64,000 bases of DNA. Origin: Heteronotia binoei. Its lineage: Eukaryota. Positions 38,403 through 52,151 of the stretch are shown in pieces. Location of the stretch: the NCBI RefSeq assembly GCF_032191835.1, contig NC_083224.1:170004001-170068000 (forward strand), in the 5' to 3' direction. Made by a program: the position numbers and the translations under genes. Numbering within the stretch: position 1 is the stretch's first letter; each line of letters begins with the position of its first letter. The notes under the pieces were generated by a model. The model was not told where the DNA came from. It made no database searches and worked only from the letters and a program-made list of their open reading frames with translations.

Positions 38403-39816
38403 CTGAGGAAAGGAAGGGAAGTTTCACTCTTTTATGTGACACAAAAATGACTCACTGAATGATACCAGCCCGTATAAGAACAAGGAGGTGAAAGTGCTGT
38501 TTTAATAAAGCATCTCAGAGTAAAGATATTATGATCTGATGCACAGCCTTAAAATGAACCCAAAACAAGAGCAATAAAAGTCAAAGAGTGTTGTTTTCCC
38601 TTCTCTCTTACAAAACTGGGGTGAAAATAGTTATTAGACATAGGGACATTCAGCATATCTGCTTTAGGGCTTTCTAATGTCTGGCACAAGTTTTATCCTT
38701 TGAAACAGAAAGCTGGGTTTCTTCCTACTGTTTTCTTACTCTTTTTCAAGTTCCAAACAACATACTCTGTTGTTTGATGGGTCTCATTAGCCTGCATCAA
38801 ACAGAGGTACCAGAGCAGCCACTGAGGAAATCGGATCACTCATTATATTAAGTACAAAAATAAGAGAGAGTTTCTTAGATAATGGTTCATGCCACTTCTG
38901 GTGCCCCCCCCCCCCATGTAACAAACAAAAAATCAGGGGTATGAATGACAACAGGTTTTGGCAGCAAATTTTGGTGACAGGTCAAGCCTTTTGAACCTAC
39001 CAGTTCTCAAGTATTTGTAAAATGACCCCTCCAGTAAAGCTAGTTGCTGACCAATGCTCTGAGACATGAAGCCCAAAATAGGCCAGGTCATCAAGAGCAG
39101 GGCAATTATGAGTGGCTGAATTCTCAGAAGGAGATGCCATCTAGCAGGCATATGAGAGCACAAAAGCCCGTCCCAGTCTCCAAAGGTTTAGCTCACATCT
39201 CATCGGCATCTACAAGCACAGCCTCCAACTTTCCCACAAGTAACACTGTTAGACAAAGTATACAATATGCTCTGAACTATTGGTACTGTGTGTTCTGGAG
39301 CCAACTGATGCCAACATGCCCATCCCCCTCCTCTTCATCACTATCATCCCATTCAACGTAACAACCAGCACCTTGCTGAAATCCATTAAAAGAGAAATCT
39401 TGCATTACATATAGTAACTAGTAGCAGAGGATTAGTCAACCAGCACTTCTTGTATTGTACAATCATGCACACATGAAATTGCCTTATACTGAGTGAGACC
39501 ACTGGTCCATCAAGGTCACTATTATCTGTTTTGACTGGCAACAGCTCTCTGCGGTCTAAGGCAGAGCTCTGTCTCATTACCTGTTGACTAGTCTTTTTCA
39601 CTGGAGATCTTGGGAGGGGAGTTAAAACTGGCACCTGAATTCTAAGCGGAATGTCCTAAATGTCATTTGAGTCCTAAAGGAGCACTAATCCTCCCCCCAC
39701 AAAAAACGAAAGATGCTTTAAGTTTCAGAAGTCAGGTATTTCCTAAGGTTTCAAGGGCTGCCTGCAAGACCCAGATCTCAGCTATCTAGCTTCTCAGATT
39801 TTGATTAGGTTACAAG

Positions 39817-39996
39817 CAATGCTCCCTCTAAACTGTGGAGTCTTGTGAGCAAGAATTCTACTTCGTGAGCTACTGGGGTGAAAGTTGTGAACGACTGCGT
39901 AAATTAGTTTGCTCTGGAGCCATTTTTACTCAGCTAATACAAAAATGTGTGAGCTGGAGGTTAAAAAACTCTGAGCTAGCTCACACTTAACTCAGC
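39817..39996 (+). mobile_element. Truncated hAT-like element
   Basis: Starts caatgctccctcta (cagtgttccctct-type TIR); no right TIR seen. Confidence 0.35.
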
Positions 39997-40586
39997 GACA
40001 AGGCACCTAAGTATTCACAAAAAGGTATCTCACTTTCAGTTATGCACAGGTCTTGGATAGCTTACCAACAGCCTTTAGGAAAAATCAATGAAGAAGATAC
40101 CTTAAATGTGGTGTCACAATACCGTTTAAAAAAGAACTGACAAACTTGGTAAGCACAGCCATAGATAAGGAACTGTTACTTTCATTGGGAAACACAGCTA
40201 GAATCTCACTGAAAATTCTGTATTGAACAACTCTGATGCAGCAGATTACTCTTTTCCATCCCTCCCACTCAATGAAGAAGTTTCATCGCTAAAATTTCTG
40301 TTACACAGTTTTGTTTTGCAAATGTCTTGGGCATGTGTTATACACACTGACAGCTACTTAAAATACAAAGATGAGGAAGAGAAAAAGCAGTGGAAGTTAG
40401 TATCACACACATTTTTAGCCAAACCAAGAACACTGCCTGGGGAGAAAAAATACACTAAGATCTGTCAGATGTTTTAAAGTGCCTAAGTGGAAAGACAACT
40501 AATAGATTGCTTATCAATATGGGGCAGAATCGGTACAATTCAGGCTCCTTAAAATGAAACAGACATGTTTGAGCAAAAACACTTAC

Positions 40587-40704
40587 AGATCTTGTTCTAC
40601 TTTTTTGTCCAATGCATATTCCAAATCTGTAACTAGCATTTTCTGGTATAAGTCCTGCAAAGCCTGTCTGGAAGTCCAGACTTCAGCTGGACCCAGCTTC
40701 GAAT
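40587..40704 (-). CDS. SMG7: SMG7 exon 3 (118 nt; DSKLGPAEVWTSRQALQDLYQKMLVTDLEYALDKKVEQDL)
   Basis: cctcag|...|gtaagt; 14-3-3-like/TPR domain peptide; phase fits neighbours. Confidence 0.97.
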
Positions 40705-41511
40705 CTGAGGAACAAAAAACAGTAAGGATTTATGATGGCATCAGTACAAATTAATTTTTCCCTGCTCCCTTAATGAAGAAAGGCTTTGCCACGATACAAA
40801 TACCCTCTTTATTACATCAGCGAAAGCAGCCTGTTGCCATATAAAGAGATATTTTTACTCTGAACCTCTTTAGTTGAAGGAGGTGCAGGTGTAGAATCAG
40901 CATGGTATACCTGGGTTGGGATGTCAGATACCAGGTGCATGGCCCCACTCAGCCATGAAGCTCACTGGATAGCCTTGTTTAATTAGCACACTCTTATCCT
41001 GCCCTTCCTCAAAGGTGGCTCAGGATGGTGTACACTGTTCTCTCCTCTTCCATTTTTTCCCCTTTCAGCAACCCTGTGAGGTAGATTGTTGGGTTGCCCA
41101 ACGCCCGCCACTACCCTCTCAGTCTAACAAATCTCACAAGGTTGTTGTGAGGGTAAAATAGAAGAAGAGAGAGGACAATGTACACAGTTCTGAGCCAGCT
41201 TGGGAAAGTCTAAGATACAAATCCATTAAAAAACAGAGGTGCCAATACATGGATTTGCTTACTTTGCAGCAAAGATATTATTCTGGTGTGGAGGTCTTTT
41301 TGGACATAGTTTTAAGAAGCTAGTACTTTCCTGCATTTGTTTTTAGGTTCAGAAGAGAGGGTGAGTTTCTTAGTTTTGGTGGTGGCTCAACTGGAGGCAG
41401 AAGGAAAAGTAGGACTTGATGAACAAGTTCGTGCACTGTGATATCATGGTTATGGAGAAGCAGGCTACCTACGTTTTTGAGTGTTTTACAGTAAAAGATA
41501 AAGTTCATTAC

Positions 41512-41543
41512 CTGTCATGTCAGCCTTCAGGACTTCTGCCTGC
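41512..41543 (-). CDS. SMG7: SMG7 exon 2 (32 nt; (R)QAEVLKADMT(D))
   Basis: cttgcag|GCAGGCAGAAGTCCTGAAGGCTGACATGACAG|gtaatg; peptide matches the SMG7 N-terminus. Confidence 0.95.
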
Positions 41544-44500
41544 CTGCAAGTAGAAAGCACAACAGAAAGAGTTACAACAAACAACGTCTGATGATGAAGG
41601 TAAACAACTGAGGCCATGCAGAACTCAGGTCTCCAATTCTTTATTGACTGAGTGCAGCTTCTCTGGAATTTAAAATGTTGATTTAGTATTTTCTATAAAA
41701 TACTAAGGAGGAATAATAAGGTGACCTACTCTGAGGTTCTCAAATGCAGGTCACTGTCAGACCAACCGGCTGAGATTAGCTAATCAGCAATTTTCTAGAA
41801 AGGCACACTAGCCCACATTGTAATATTTCTATTCAAGCGAATCACAGTCTTCTTCACCCTCCACTTCCACTGTATTAAGCATCCCTGAAGACTACTTGCT
41901 CAGTTTTCAGCTATGCAGTCTTGCCAAAGTTCCAACAGTTTTTTCCTGAAATTTAGATCCAAGTGTTAATGCTATTTTAATTCTATTACGAGGTCTTGTA
42001 TCAGCATTAGAACATATACAAGTACTGACAACATATATGGAAAAGGTGAGTTCCAAATGTTACCTCCCAGATGGTGGCTGACGGGATTATCCTACAATAG
42101 TGGTACCCAGGTGTATTCCTTGAGTTTACTGCTTACCATCCAACCTCCCCTATACTTGATGAGATTAACTGCAATGGTAATTCTGTGGCCTTGACTCCTC
42201 CAAAAAATCAGGTACTCCTTTTGATGGGAAGTCTGATGCAGGTTTGATCAGCTCAAATACCACTTCCTAGTGTGAAGCATTAGACAAGAAAGTATCCCCT
42301 TCTTTCAACCTCTCTCACATCTAGCTGCTCACTTGTTTGTTTTTTTTAATTTTAAAATTAAGCTAATGTATCCCAGTTTCTGTATCTCCTTGGGTGGTCA
42401 CTGACACAACTTGTTAACTTTTCTAGTCCTCATGTAATATGCTTCAACATTATTCCACACAGAGGTCTTCAAGAGTCTAGTTTACACAGAACAGGAGGTT
42501 CAAAGTAACAGCAAGTATCTCTTTTAGCTCTTGACCAAAGAGCATTTTGAGGGGACGTTTTATGTAATTGGCCAAGTTTATATACCCCAAACAAATAATG
42601 CAACACAGAATAAAAGGTTAGCACCCTGGTCAGCTCTTCTCCATGACTCACTGGAGCATATCTGGCTAAGATTACACCCTTCACAGAAATAAAAGTTAGA
42701 CTTCAAAACAATATCACCTACTTTCCATGTGAGAGCAGTCACAGTTCTGCCTAAGGATTTTGCAGTACCAAGCAGACTGTTTTCTGGTTCTATCAAATAT
42801 AACAGAAGTGATCCAGTAAATATTGGTAAATAGTGCTAATGTGGACCTTCTTTGCAATTATGTCAGATATCTGTACTAGTGCTGAAAATACTGCCAAGCT
42901 GTGAAGAAAGTCCCACAAAGGCAGTAGCTACTGGTAGCCCATAAATCTCTCTGGTGACCCATCCAGGTATCATACTCATCCAGGTATAATACAAGATATT
43001 TCTTCCCCATATCTCTCCACACGATGCAAGACTTTGGAAGGGTGGATAAGGGGATAACTATTTACTTGGGCTTAGAGAAACTGAAGCAATGAGAATCTTT
43101 TCATTTTTCCCAGTGCCTTGCACTTACTTTTGAGGCTCTCTAAAACAGAAAGCCGGTGGTGCACCTGTAAGACTGGTGTTAACATGCCCCCTGCGAGCAT
43201 CTCCAGGTAACAAATGGGCTGCCATATTCTGGGACGCTTCGGATGGTCAAGTCATCTTCAACTGCAGCCCCAGATTGTGCTATAATAGTCACACTGAGCA
43301 GTTAACAGGGCATGCATTGTAAGTAAAATCGCTGCCATCCAGAACATTGTGTACAAGCTAAAAATGGTGAAATGTATTCTATACCACGGATGGTACTTAA
43401 AAAATTAAATACTGATTGTCTGCCTTATCTCCTCAGACTCGAAGCGTCTGACTCGAAGCTAACAAAGAAACAGAATTTACAAGGATGCAAAAACAGCATA
43501 GCAATCCATCCACATGATAAAAATAATTCAAGGGACACAGAGGACAGAACTCTGCCCAAAACTAGTACCTGGGCATTCTGGAGAAAAGCCACATCCAGGA
43601 GCGCTCTCAGACTGAGAAAACCCTGTCTTTCAAGAGGAAGGCGTGATCTCTACCCAAGACAAATACATTCACTGGGTTTGGGGTTCCTCTGCCTCCATGC
43701 ACAAAGTAGCTCATTCATCTGGTTAGAGTTCATTTATCCTCCCCACCCCATTAATGACACAGAGAAGCACTCAATGACCTGACGGCTAGTCCTGGATTAG
43801 AAAAAGAGTAGCAGAGCTTCAAACCATGTATTGGAGACGTTTATTCTACATTTCTAGACAACTTCCCCCAGAGTTTCACAAAGACAATATGGAAAGAAGA
43901 TTTCAGGACTTTACAGCACAAGGAAGCAAATAGCTAGCTACCCTGCCAGCATCTCACCATCTGTGATCCATCTGCAAAACAAGCCCTCTAACCCCTTTCA
44001 GCCCATCCAGAAGGACACCATGACTGACAGCATCAAAGCTGCTAAGAGGTTTTCTCCCTGCCCATCCCCCCCCCCCCCGCAACAAAGGTCATCAGAGCGA
44101 CAAAAGCATTCCCAGTCCCAGAAAACCTGACCAGAAGCCAGATTGAAATGGATCCAGAAAATCCATTTCATCCAGAAAAGTCCAGAGCTCCAAGCCACAG
44201 CCCATACCAACACAGTGGCTAGAAAGGAAACATCAGCAAACAGTCCCTAGAGATTCATATTTTAAGAGTAAAAAAGATTTCAGAAATAAAAATAATGATC
44301 TTATATTAGTGTCTTCCAACAATGTTGCAAATTTTTCCTCCCCAAAGGTGATATCTTCCAGATCTAGGCAACCATCAGATCACGATGAACAGGTATACAG
44401 TGGATAGGACACAACCTTGGCAGTTTCAATAAAATCCAGTAAGAAAAACACACATTTTTTAAAAAAAAAACCCTGAGGGGGAAAAACTGTCTATGAAATA

Positions 44501-44608
44501 GATGTGTAACCTGCATTTTAATTTATGTTTATTAGTCTATAGACAGAGATGCCTTCTTGTTTAAGTAGTGGAAGAATCCCAGATATAGCTCCTATTACTG
44601 TTTCTAAG

Positions 44609-45046
44609 CAGGGGTCTTTTCATAGAAAAAGAGGTGCCAGAGCTCATTAGCACAACTCATTTGCATAGGTCACACAACCCTGACATCAGTGGAATTATAA
44701 TCAGCTCAGCATCTACCTTAAAATGCTTCTTGAATTATAATTGTCATATTAAAACCTTCCTCCCATCATACTTTTAAAATTACTTTTTCCTATGTGGCCA
44801 CGGTGGCATGATGAAGATTTCCATCTGTCTGCTTTACATGTTTTGATCATTTTCCCTTTTTTGTGTGTGGGGAAAAGTATTAGAAAGTTTGTCAAATCTT
44901 AGCGTTCAGCAGAATTCTCACAGGGGATTTGAACAATGGCACCCAGAAGCAAGTACAGGGGTGGGGGGCGGAGAAAGAAAGAGCACAATAACATTTAGAG
45001 GTTCTGGAGCTCTGCTCCTGTGAGCTCCTGCCCAAAATGAGGCCTG
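44609..45046. mobile_element. hAT MITE
   Basis: Ends cagggg...ccagagctc / ggagctc...gaggcctg; 8-bp TSD tttctaag / cttctaag. Confidence 0.7.
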
Positions 45047-46707
45047 CTTCTAAGGTTGGACTATGTTTGAAATGAAGGCTTTGCAATGTGAACATCACTA
45101 GAGTGCTTCAATGCTTCCGAATTGGTCACAAGCTTAGGCCAATTCTAGCATCCACAAAACCAAAAACCATTACTTGATAAAAGAAGCAATTAACTTTAGG
45201 TGTAACTGCAAAAACTTCACACAACTTTGTCCAAGGGCCAGGTGACTTCAGTCACAAAGAAACATACTTCTCTTGCGAATAGATCGATGCTGTGCAAAAG
45301 CCAACCTATAGTTAGGAATCTCTCATGACCAAGATATCTCTGGAACCTCTATGAGGGGGAGTATTTTTAGAACAGACTTTAAACATAAGACAGACAGAAG
45401 TGGAGACACTGGATTGGATCCCACAACCTCTGAATACAGAGATCAGGATTATTTCCCATGAATCCTACAACCCATGCAGTTTGGGGAGCTGCAGAGGGGA
45501 GGGGGAAAAGGGACAAAATTTCCCTTTCCCATCTGATGGTTGCACTGACAGAAGAGGCAGGAAGAGCAGTTTCATCCCCCTACCGACACGATTATTACAT
45601 CCACCTGGGTCCTGAAACCTTAGGAATGAACTTTTTCAGGGTGAGAAGGAAATACTGGGGGGAAGGACCGCATGCGGTACCTGCTGTCATAAACCACCCT
45701 GAGCCTATGTGTGCTTACTTGCATGTCCATGTGCATGTAGAACATATTCTTCATTGTGCCACCACCCAAAGTTATTAATCCAACCTCCCATGTTACCAGT
45801 GACTGGGGAACACTGGAAAAGGTAAGTACAAAGGGCAGTTTCCCAGTGTAAGCACAAGCAAGTGTTCTACGATGCACAGGAAAGAACTGAATCACCGTCT
45901 GCTTTCTTAAACAGGGAAGAGACTTTATCGTTGTAGATTACACTACAGCACAAGGCAGGGAAAATGCTATCATGCCTACCGGTTACAGATTTAATCAGAA
46001 AGATAGGAAAATATAACTCTAAGCTAAACTTAACAATACACAAGGTTTACTTCCAACATCCCCCCTTGCCCCCGCTTTCTGTATGCAGACTTCAACCCCC
46101 AGCGTTTGAACAAAGACTAACAGATGTTTTAGGTCTTTTTAGCCCTTCTTGCCTTTGCTGGCGGGAAGCCTCTCCCAGTTTTAGGAAACTTGCACCAGAT
46201 GAGAGATGAAACCCCAATCTCCCAATCAACCTAGAGTGCATATTCCACACATCTCAATATCCAGATCATGTTTTACAAAAGCCATACATCTTGCCCTCCA
46301 TGGCAGGTAGGCAAATGGCTCTCTTTGTGGAAATCTGTCTCTGTTTTCTCTAACCTCTTTGTGCATTTTATGACTATCTTACCTGGGGAAAAAACTGCTG
46401 TCAGGATCCCAGAAACATCCTGATGTCCTTCAAAGCATACAAATCAGAACATATGTAACTATCAGCATCTCCTACTGACAGCTTGTAGGATCTAGCCCAT
46501 TAGGTTTTCTGATTCAGAGACACTTGTACTGCCCACACAGAAGTATTTATTTTGATTTGAGAAGGAAGCTATGTGCATATTATATAGGATTGGCAAGATT
46601 TGACGGAGCAGCTAAGAATACTACTGGTCACTGACTATGACTGCAGACATCTTCAAACTAGAACAGGAGCACCAGCAGTCATCAGTGGCAGCCTAGGTTC
46701 ATGACAC

Positions 46708-47534
46708 CAGATGAGGTTTAATGTGGCCAAGTGCAAAGTAATGCACATTGGGGCCAAGAATCCCAGCTACAAATACAAGTTGATGGGGTGTGAACTGGCA
46801 GAGACTGGCCAAGAGAGAGATCTTGGGGTCATGGTAGATAACTCACTGAAAATGCCAAGACAGTGTGCGATTGCAATAAAAAAGGCCAACGCCATGCTGG
46901 GAATTATTAGGAAGGGAACTGAAAACAAATCAGCCAGTATCATAATGCCCCTGTATAAATCGATGGTGAGATCTCATTTGGAATACTGTGTGCAATTCTG
47001 GTCACCACACCTCAAAAAGGATATTATAGCATTGGAAAAAATGCAGAAAAGGGCAACTAGAATGATTAAAGGTTTGGAACACTTTCCCTGTGAAGAAAGG
47101 TTAAAACGCTTGGGGCTCTTTAGCTTGGAGACACATCGACTGCGGGGTGACATGATAGATGTTTACAAGATTATGCATGGGATGGAGAAAGTAGAGAAAG
47201 AAGTACTTTTCTCCCTTTCTCACAATACAAGAACTCGTGGGCATTCGATGAAATTGATGAGCAGTCAGGTTAAAACAGATAAAAGGAAGTACTTCTTCAC
47301 CCAAAGGGTGATTAACATGTGGAATTCACTGCCACAGGAGGTGGTGGTGGCTACAAGCATAGACAGCTTCAAGAGGGGGTTAGATAAAAATATGGAGCTA
47401 TTAGCCACAGTGTGTGTGTATATATATATGTGTGTGCGTGTATATAAATAATTTTTTTGGCCACTGTGTGACACAGAGTATTGGACTGGATGGGCCATTG
47501 GCCTGATCCAACATGGCTTCTCTTATGTTCTTAT
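46708..47534 (+). mobile_element. CR1 LINE, 5'-truncated (ORF 46711..47451 = ORF2 C-terminus)
   Basis: Nearly identical to 28190-28948; tail ttctcttatgttcttat. Confidence 0.95.
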
Positions 47535-48349
47535 CTTGCTTGCAATAGAAACCAGGGAGAACCCCTTCCACATGATCTGACTACCAGCCCCTGAGAAGAA
47601 CTATAATCAGGTTTAAAGAGCTGTTGAAAGCATGGAAGATACTAGCTGAAGCAAAGGCATGAGATACTGCTGTGAGTTATGATAAATTAAGGAGCATCCA
47701 GGTAAACCAACCCAGGTAATTTGGAAGAATAATAAAAGTGCATGAAATCGAAACATCTCCGAGTACAGGAAAACATCTCTGCGGGAGCATCCTCACTAGC
47801 TTGGTTTTCATAGTGTTTAATTAATATGACAACATTAACAACCAAAGAATGTTTACCAGTGGTAAGAGCTGGAAGGAGAGGAAAACTGGGAACATCCGAC
47901 CCAGCTGAACAGGATCCTTGCCTGAGCATCTACCCCTTCCCTTTCCACAAGTGATCCAAGCCTGTATTTGTCCAAAGGCATAAGCCAAAGGGCTCCTGGT
48001 TCTTTGCCTGTGACCATATATGAGGTGTGCTGCCATAATCAACTCGAACCTGGGTAAACTTTATATCCCAACACCTACTGGAACCATGCTCAAAATGCCT
48101 GTTTGTATTTATTTATTTAAAAAATGCATGTACCTTCTTCAATTACCAGTGCAGGAGAAAAACAGGTTTAAGTAAATATAAATGAATGAATGAGCAGGAG
48201 TGTTTAAGTATATAAAATCTTGAGTATCTTATGAATCAAAACACAAAAGCTAAATAAATCTTGAATGTCTTATGAGCCAACAGCTACTTGCACTAGATAA
48301 ATAGCAAGAACTAGCAGGGAACATCAAAGTGTCACGCTGGGTACAGGAA

Positions 48350-49000
48350 ACAGTGAAGAAAATAACATGACAATTATGTGTCTTCAGATCATCAAAAAAC
48401 TTTGAAAGTAAGCTACAGAATACTAACAACATGGATAACAGCATTATGAGTAAATAACATTTTCCCCCACGAAACACTAGAAGCAAAAATGGCACTTATG
48501 AAAAAGTGGGGAAATCTAAATATGGAGCTAGCAGAAGAAAACTGGCAGGCAGTATTCAGTGGGACTTTTAAAGAACTTTTTCAGATTCCAAAATGCAATG
48601 GATAGAAAACTGCTGGAAAGATTAGTCTGAAACAGACACAGTTGTACAGTGGTGGACACATCTTTAAATACAAACATTTTAGAAAATGATCCATGTTATT
48701 AAGGAAACAACTGAGATAGACATTGCTCTAATGACCATGCTGTGAGCTGTATACATGATGCAGAACGTTTTGGAGGAAAAGGTAATTCAGACTTGTTCAT
48801 CTTGTTATTATGCAACAAAGGAAGTACCCAGAACCACTATTTGAGTATGACTGAATCCAAAAAGATTGAAACCTTTTAATTATTAAGAAACCATCACAAG
48901 GTTAGGACTCAGAAAGGGATAACTAATGAATGATTATGTGGCCAATTACTTTTTTGAAAGGGAAAAATTAATTACAAGATGCCTATATTAATAACAAGCC
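48350..49000 (+). mobile_element. Possible decayed L1/Tx1 ORF2 C-terminal fragment
   Basis: A-rich, with broken peptide similarity (MKKWGNLNMELAEENWQAVF; H..SC..Q.FW); not certain. Confidence 0.3.
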
Positions 49001-49344
49001 TGTCATTTCAAAAAGGAATCATATGAACAAGCAAAACAATGGGAGGGCAGGGGATGGACATTCCACAACACAAGCTAAAGGAACTGTTCAGGGAAGCCTT
49101 TGTTGACACAGCTGTTATAAGGATGTTATCATTTCAATAGAAAGCTCCTGATCTGAAGGAATTCCAGGGTGCTTCATCTACATCCTTCAGTGGCTCTCTT
49201 GGGTTATGTACAGATCATTGTTGCAATATGTGGAACTCTCAGCTGTACTCAAGTACCTCTATTATATTTACCTCAAGACATGACGGAGGTGTTCTCCAAG
49301 TCCCTGAGTTCACCAGGAGGAAGTGATGACTCATCTTGCTTCCA

Positions 49345-50618
49345 GCAGTGGATTTACTCCTTAAATCAGGGCTTGTAAGCATCCCATGAGTATCTGCCTG
49401 TTGTCTGCATCCTTCTCTCCTGTCTTCCTTTGTCACAGCTTGCTTTGCCAGTGTTTTTTGTATTTCTCCTGTGCAACTGAGGATAGTTGAGCAAAGCATG
49501 CACTTGCTCCTTCCTTCTTCCCCAAGAGAGGAGGATGGAAGAGGAGCCTCAGCCAATGGAGCTCTGCTATGTGACTGAGAGCCTGGGGTGCCAGGCTCTC
49601 TCAATCGCACAGCAGAGCTACAAAGTCAAGCTCCTCCATTGGCTAAGGCTCCTCCTCCCTCAGGGAAGAAGGAGAGGGAAGAGGGAGATGCTGCTTTGCT
49701 CAGCTGCCTCAATCATACAGGAGAAATACAAAAAGCACCTTTAAGATCAACATATTTTTATTCAAGATAATAGCCTTCTACCTTGCTACTGAGTGTGTGC
49801 ATGTATGTTGTTAAACTTGTTTTACCAGGGCTCTCCTGAGTGCAACTGGGTCCCCTCCCCCTTTTCATTGTATTCATGTCCTCATTATCTAGTCTTTCTC
49901 AGTAGGAAAGCAATGTGAACTATTTAGATGAGGAACAAGTCACCAGTGAGGTGGATTAGGCTGAGAATGTGTGTCCACCACATTTCCTTTGTAGACTGGG
50001 GATTTTGAACCTAGGCTTCCCAGATAGTAGGCTGATATTGACCTCTATACATTGCTGTCTTTCGGTTCTTGCACTGCCTCATAGGAGTTGCAGTTATTTT
50101 TCTGGGGAAAACTATAGTTTGATGGATAAAAACATAGCCCTAAGTCTGTGTCAAGCTGCCTTCACTTGTTCTTCACCAGCACACAAAACAACTTCTGTAC
50201 AAAAGCTCACAATGCCCAACCATTTCATGTTTCCCCCTGGATCCTCCTAGGCTCAGAGCATTGACTATGAGATTTCTGTAATGAATGTCAATAAATCAAA
50301 AGTTGGCTTGCAACTTAGATACATATCTGAACAGCATACTCAAGAATGTTACAGCAATCTCCAGATTTTGATGCAATAATTCAAAGCAAAAGGTGTCAGT
50401 TATCAGTGACTGTTGAACAAAATATTGCAAGTGTGCAAATGTTTTAAGTAAACCATGTTTTAAGTAAAAACAAAAATCTTTAATTGTATTTGTCTGTGTC
50501 CTTTATAAAGTTTATATCTCCGCCACCTGGCAATAATTTTATGACACACATGGCCCAGCCCTACAAGATTTCATTTATGTCAAATCCAGTCCTCATAACA
50601 AATGAGTTTGACATGCCG
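49345..50618 (-). mobile_element. Second, inverted and interrupted copy of the 14354 hAT MITE family
   Basis: 49370-49750 and 50440-50618 are reverse complements of parts of 14354-14930; about 650 bp unrelated insert between. Confidence 0.7.
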
Positions 50619-50983
50619 TCCCTAAGCATATGAACACACCAGTAACTGAAGCAAGTTAAGCGACTGTTGTCCCAAGACAAAAGGTTGTGCACACAAGGCC
50701 AGAATTATCATAACATCAAACTTAACGATCAAAGGCTGTTACAGAAGATCAAGCCTTTCATGTTACAATTTCCTCAAGTATAGCAGATTTTCACCTTCCC
50801 TATATCATGGATATTCATAGCTCAGGACATGTGGAGGAAGTGAAGCATGGCCACAACTCCTAATGAATATTATTAACATTTTTTTAATATTCTGCCTTTT
50901 ATCCAAATAACCCAAAGTGGCTAACTTGTGTCTAATTCTGAACTTGATCTCAGAGCAGATAAAAAGATTGCACAGTACAGCTA

Positions 50984-51232
50984 GGTACAGGAAGGGGAGA
51001 TGTTTCTATAAAACTCAAGGGAGACACAACATCTGTGCAAGTGCAGACATCACAATGCAAATAGTGGTACAGGAAAGGGAGATGTTTCTACAAGTCTCAG
51101 GGAAGACACAACATCTGTGCAAGTGCAGACATCACAATGCAAATAGTGGTACAAGAAAGGGAGATGTTTCTACAAGTCTCAGGGAAGACACAACATCTGT
51201 GCAAGTGCAGACATCACAATGCAAAATAGTGG
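50984..51232. repeat. Minisatellite, 3 x 82 bp
   Basis: ggtac anchor at 50984, 51066 and 51148; units 2 and 3 almost identical. Confidence 0.95.
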
Positions 51233-52151
51233 CAACCTGGATGGAGGTGACATGGATCAGTGAGGCTTGGAGGGGAATGTGCAACCATAAAATCATCACA
51301 GAACCAACTCAAGAGAGAGTCATTGCACAGATTAAACAATTCATTATGGGTAAAGCTTTTGTGGACTACAGATCTCCAAAACAGAGATCACATCAAATGC
51401 ATGCCATGTGTATGACATGCAGGACAGAGGTGGAAAAGTTGTAAAGTGAGGTAAAAAGGCAATCCGTACAATCTGACGTATCTAGACAAAGCTCAACTAT
51501 ATATAAGCTAATACTGACCAATCGACACCATTTCTAAATATTATAACATACTATCAGTACATATCAAACAATGATAATTCAGAGAAGGTCTACCTACATG
51601 GCCTTTAACCTTCCAGTGAGTTATTTTCAAAAAGAGAGGTCATTCTAAATAAAAAATAAAAAAAATATATAAAAATATATATAAAAATAAAATATTATTA
51701 TTATTTCTCTACCTACACCAGCTACTACTAGATACAACCTAAAGTTTGCTGAGCTTGGGTGGAACATCAGACTAGCAGAGTTTACCCAAGCATTTCCACT
51801 GGAGAGGCTGTACTCATTACAACTAGGGGAGTGTGGCACACACATTCTTAACAGGTAATTAAAGTGAAAACTTTGCTCAGATGCAGGCTCTCAAAAAACT
51901 TGACTGTTTCAATATTTAGTATTTTGTATTAAATATAGCCAACGCCAGAACAGCAACCCATTGCTTCCATAAGAGATCAGGACCCTGTGGTACCTATTAC
52001 AGTTCCACAGGGCCTGTGAGACAGAGCTCTTCTGCCAGGCCTTTGGTTGAGGCAGCGGGCTTCCACTTACCGTATATTAGGCTTCCCTCTCCAGTGACAT
52101 CAGATCCAACCATCTGGGACTCAACTATCACTGGGTAAATTCAGTTTATCA

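Noticed and set aside
50917-51444. 175-aa ORF
   Set aside because: GTG start, built on an 82-bp tandem repeat, antisense in an intron, no recognisable domain.
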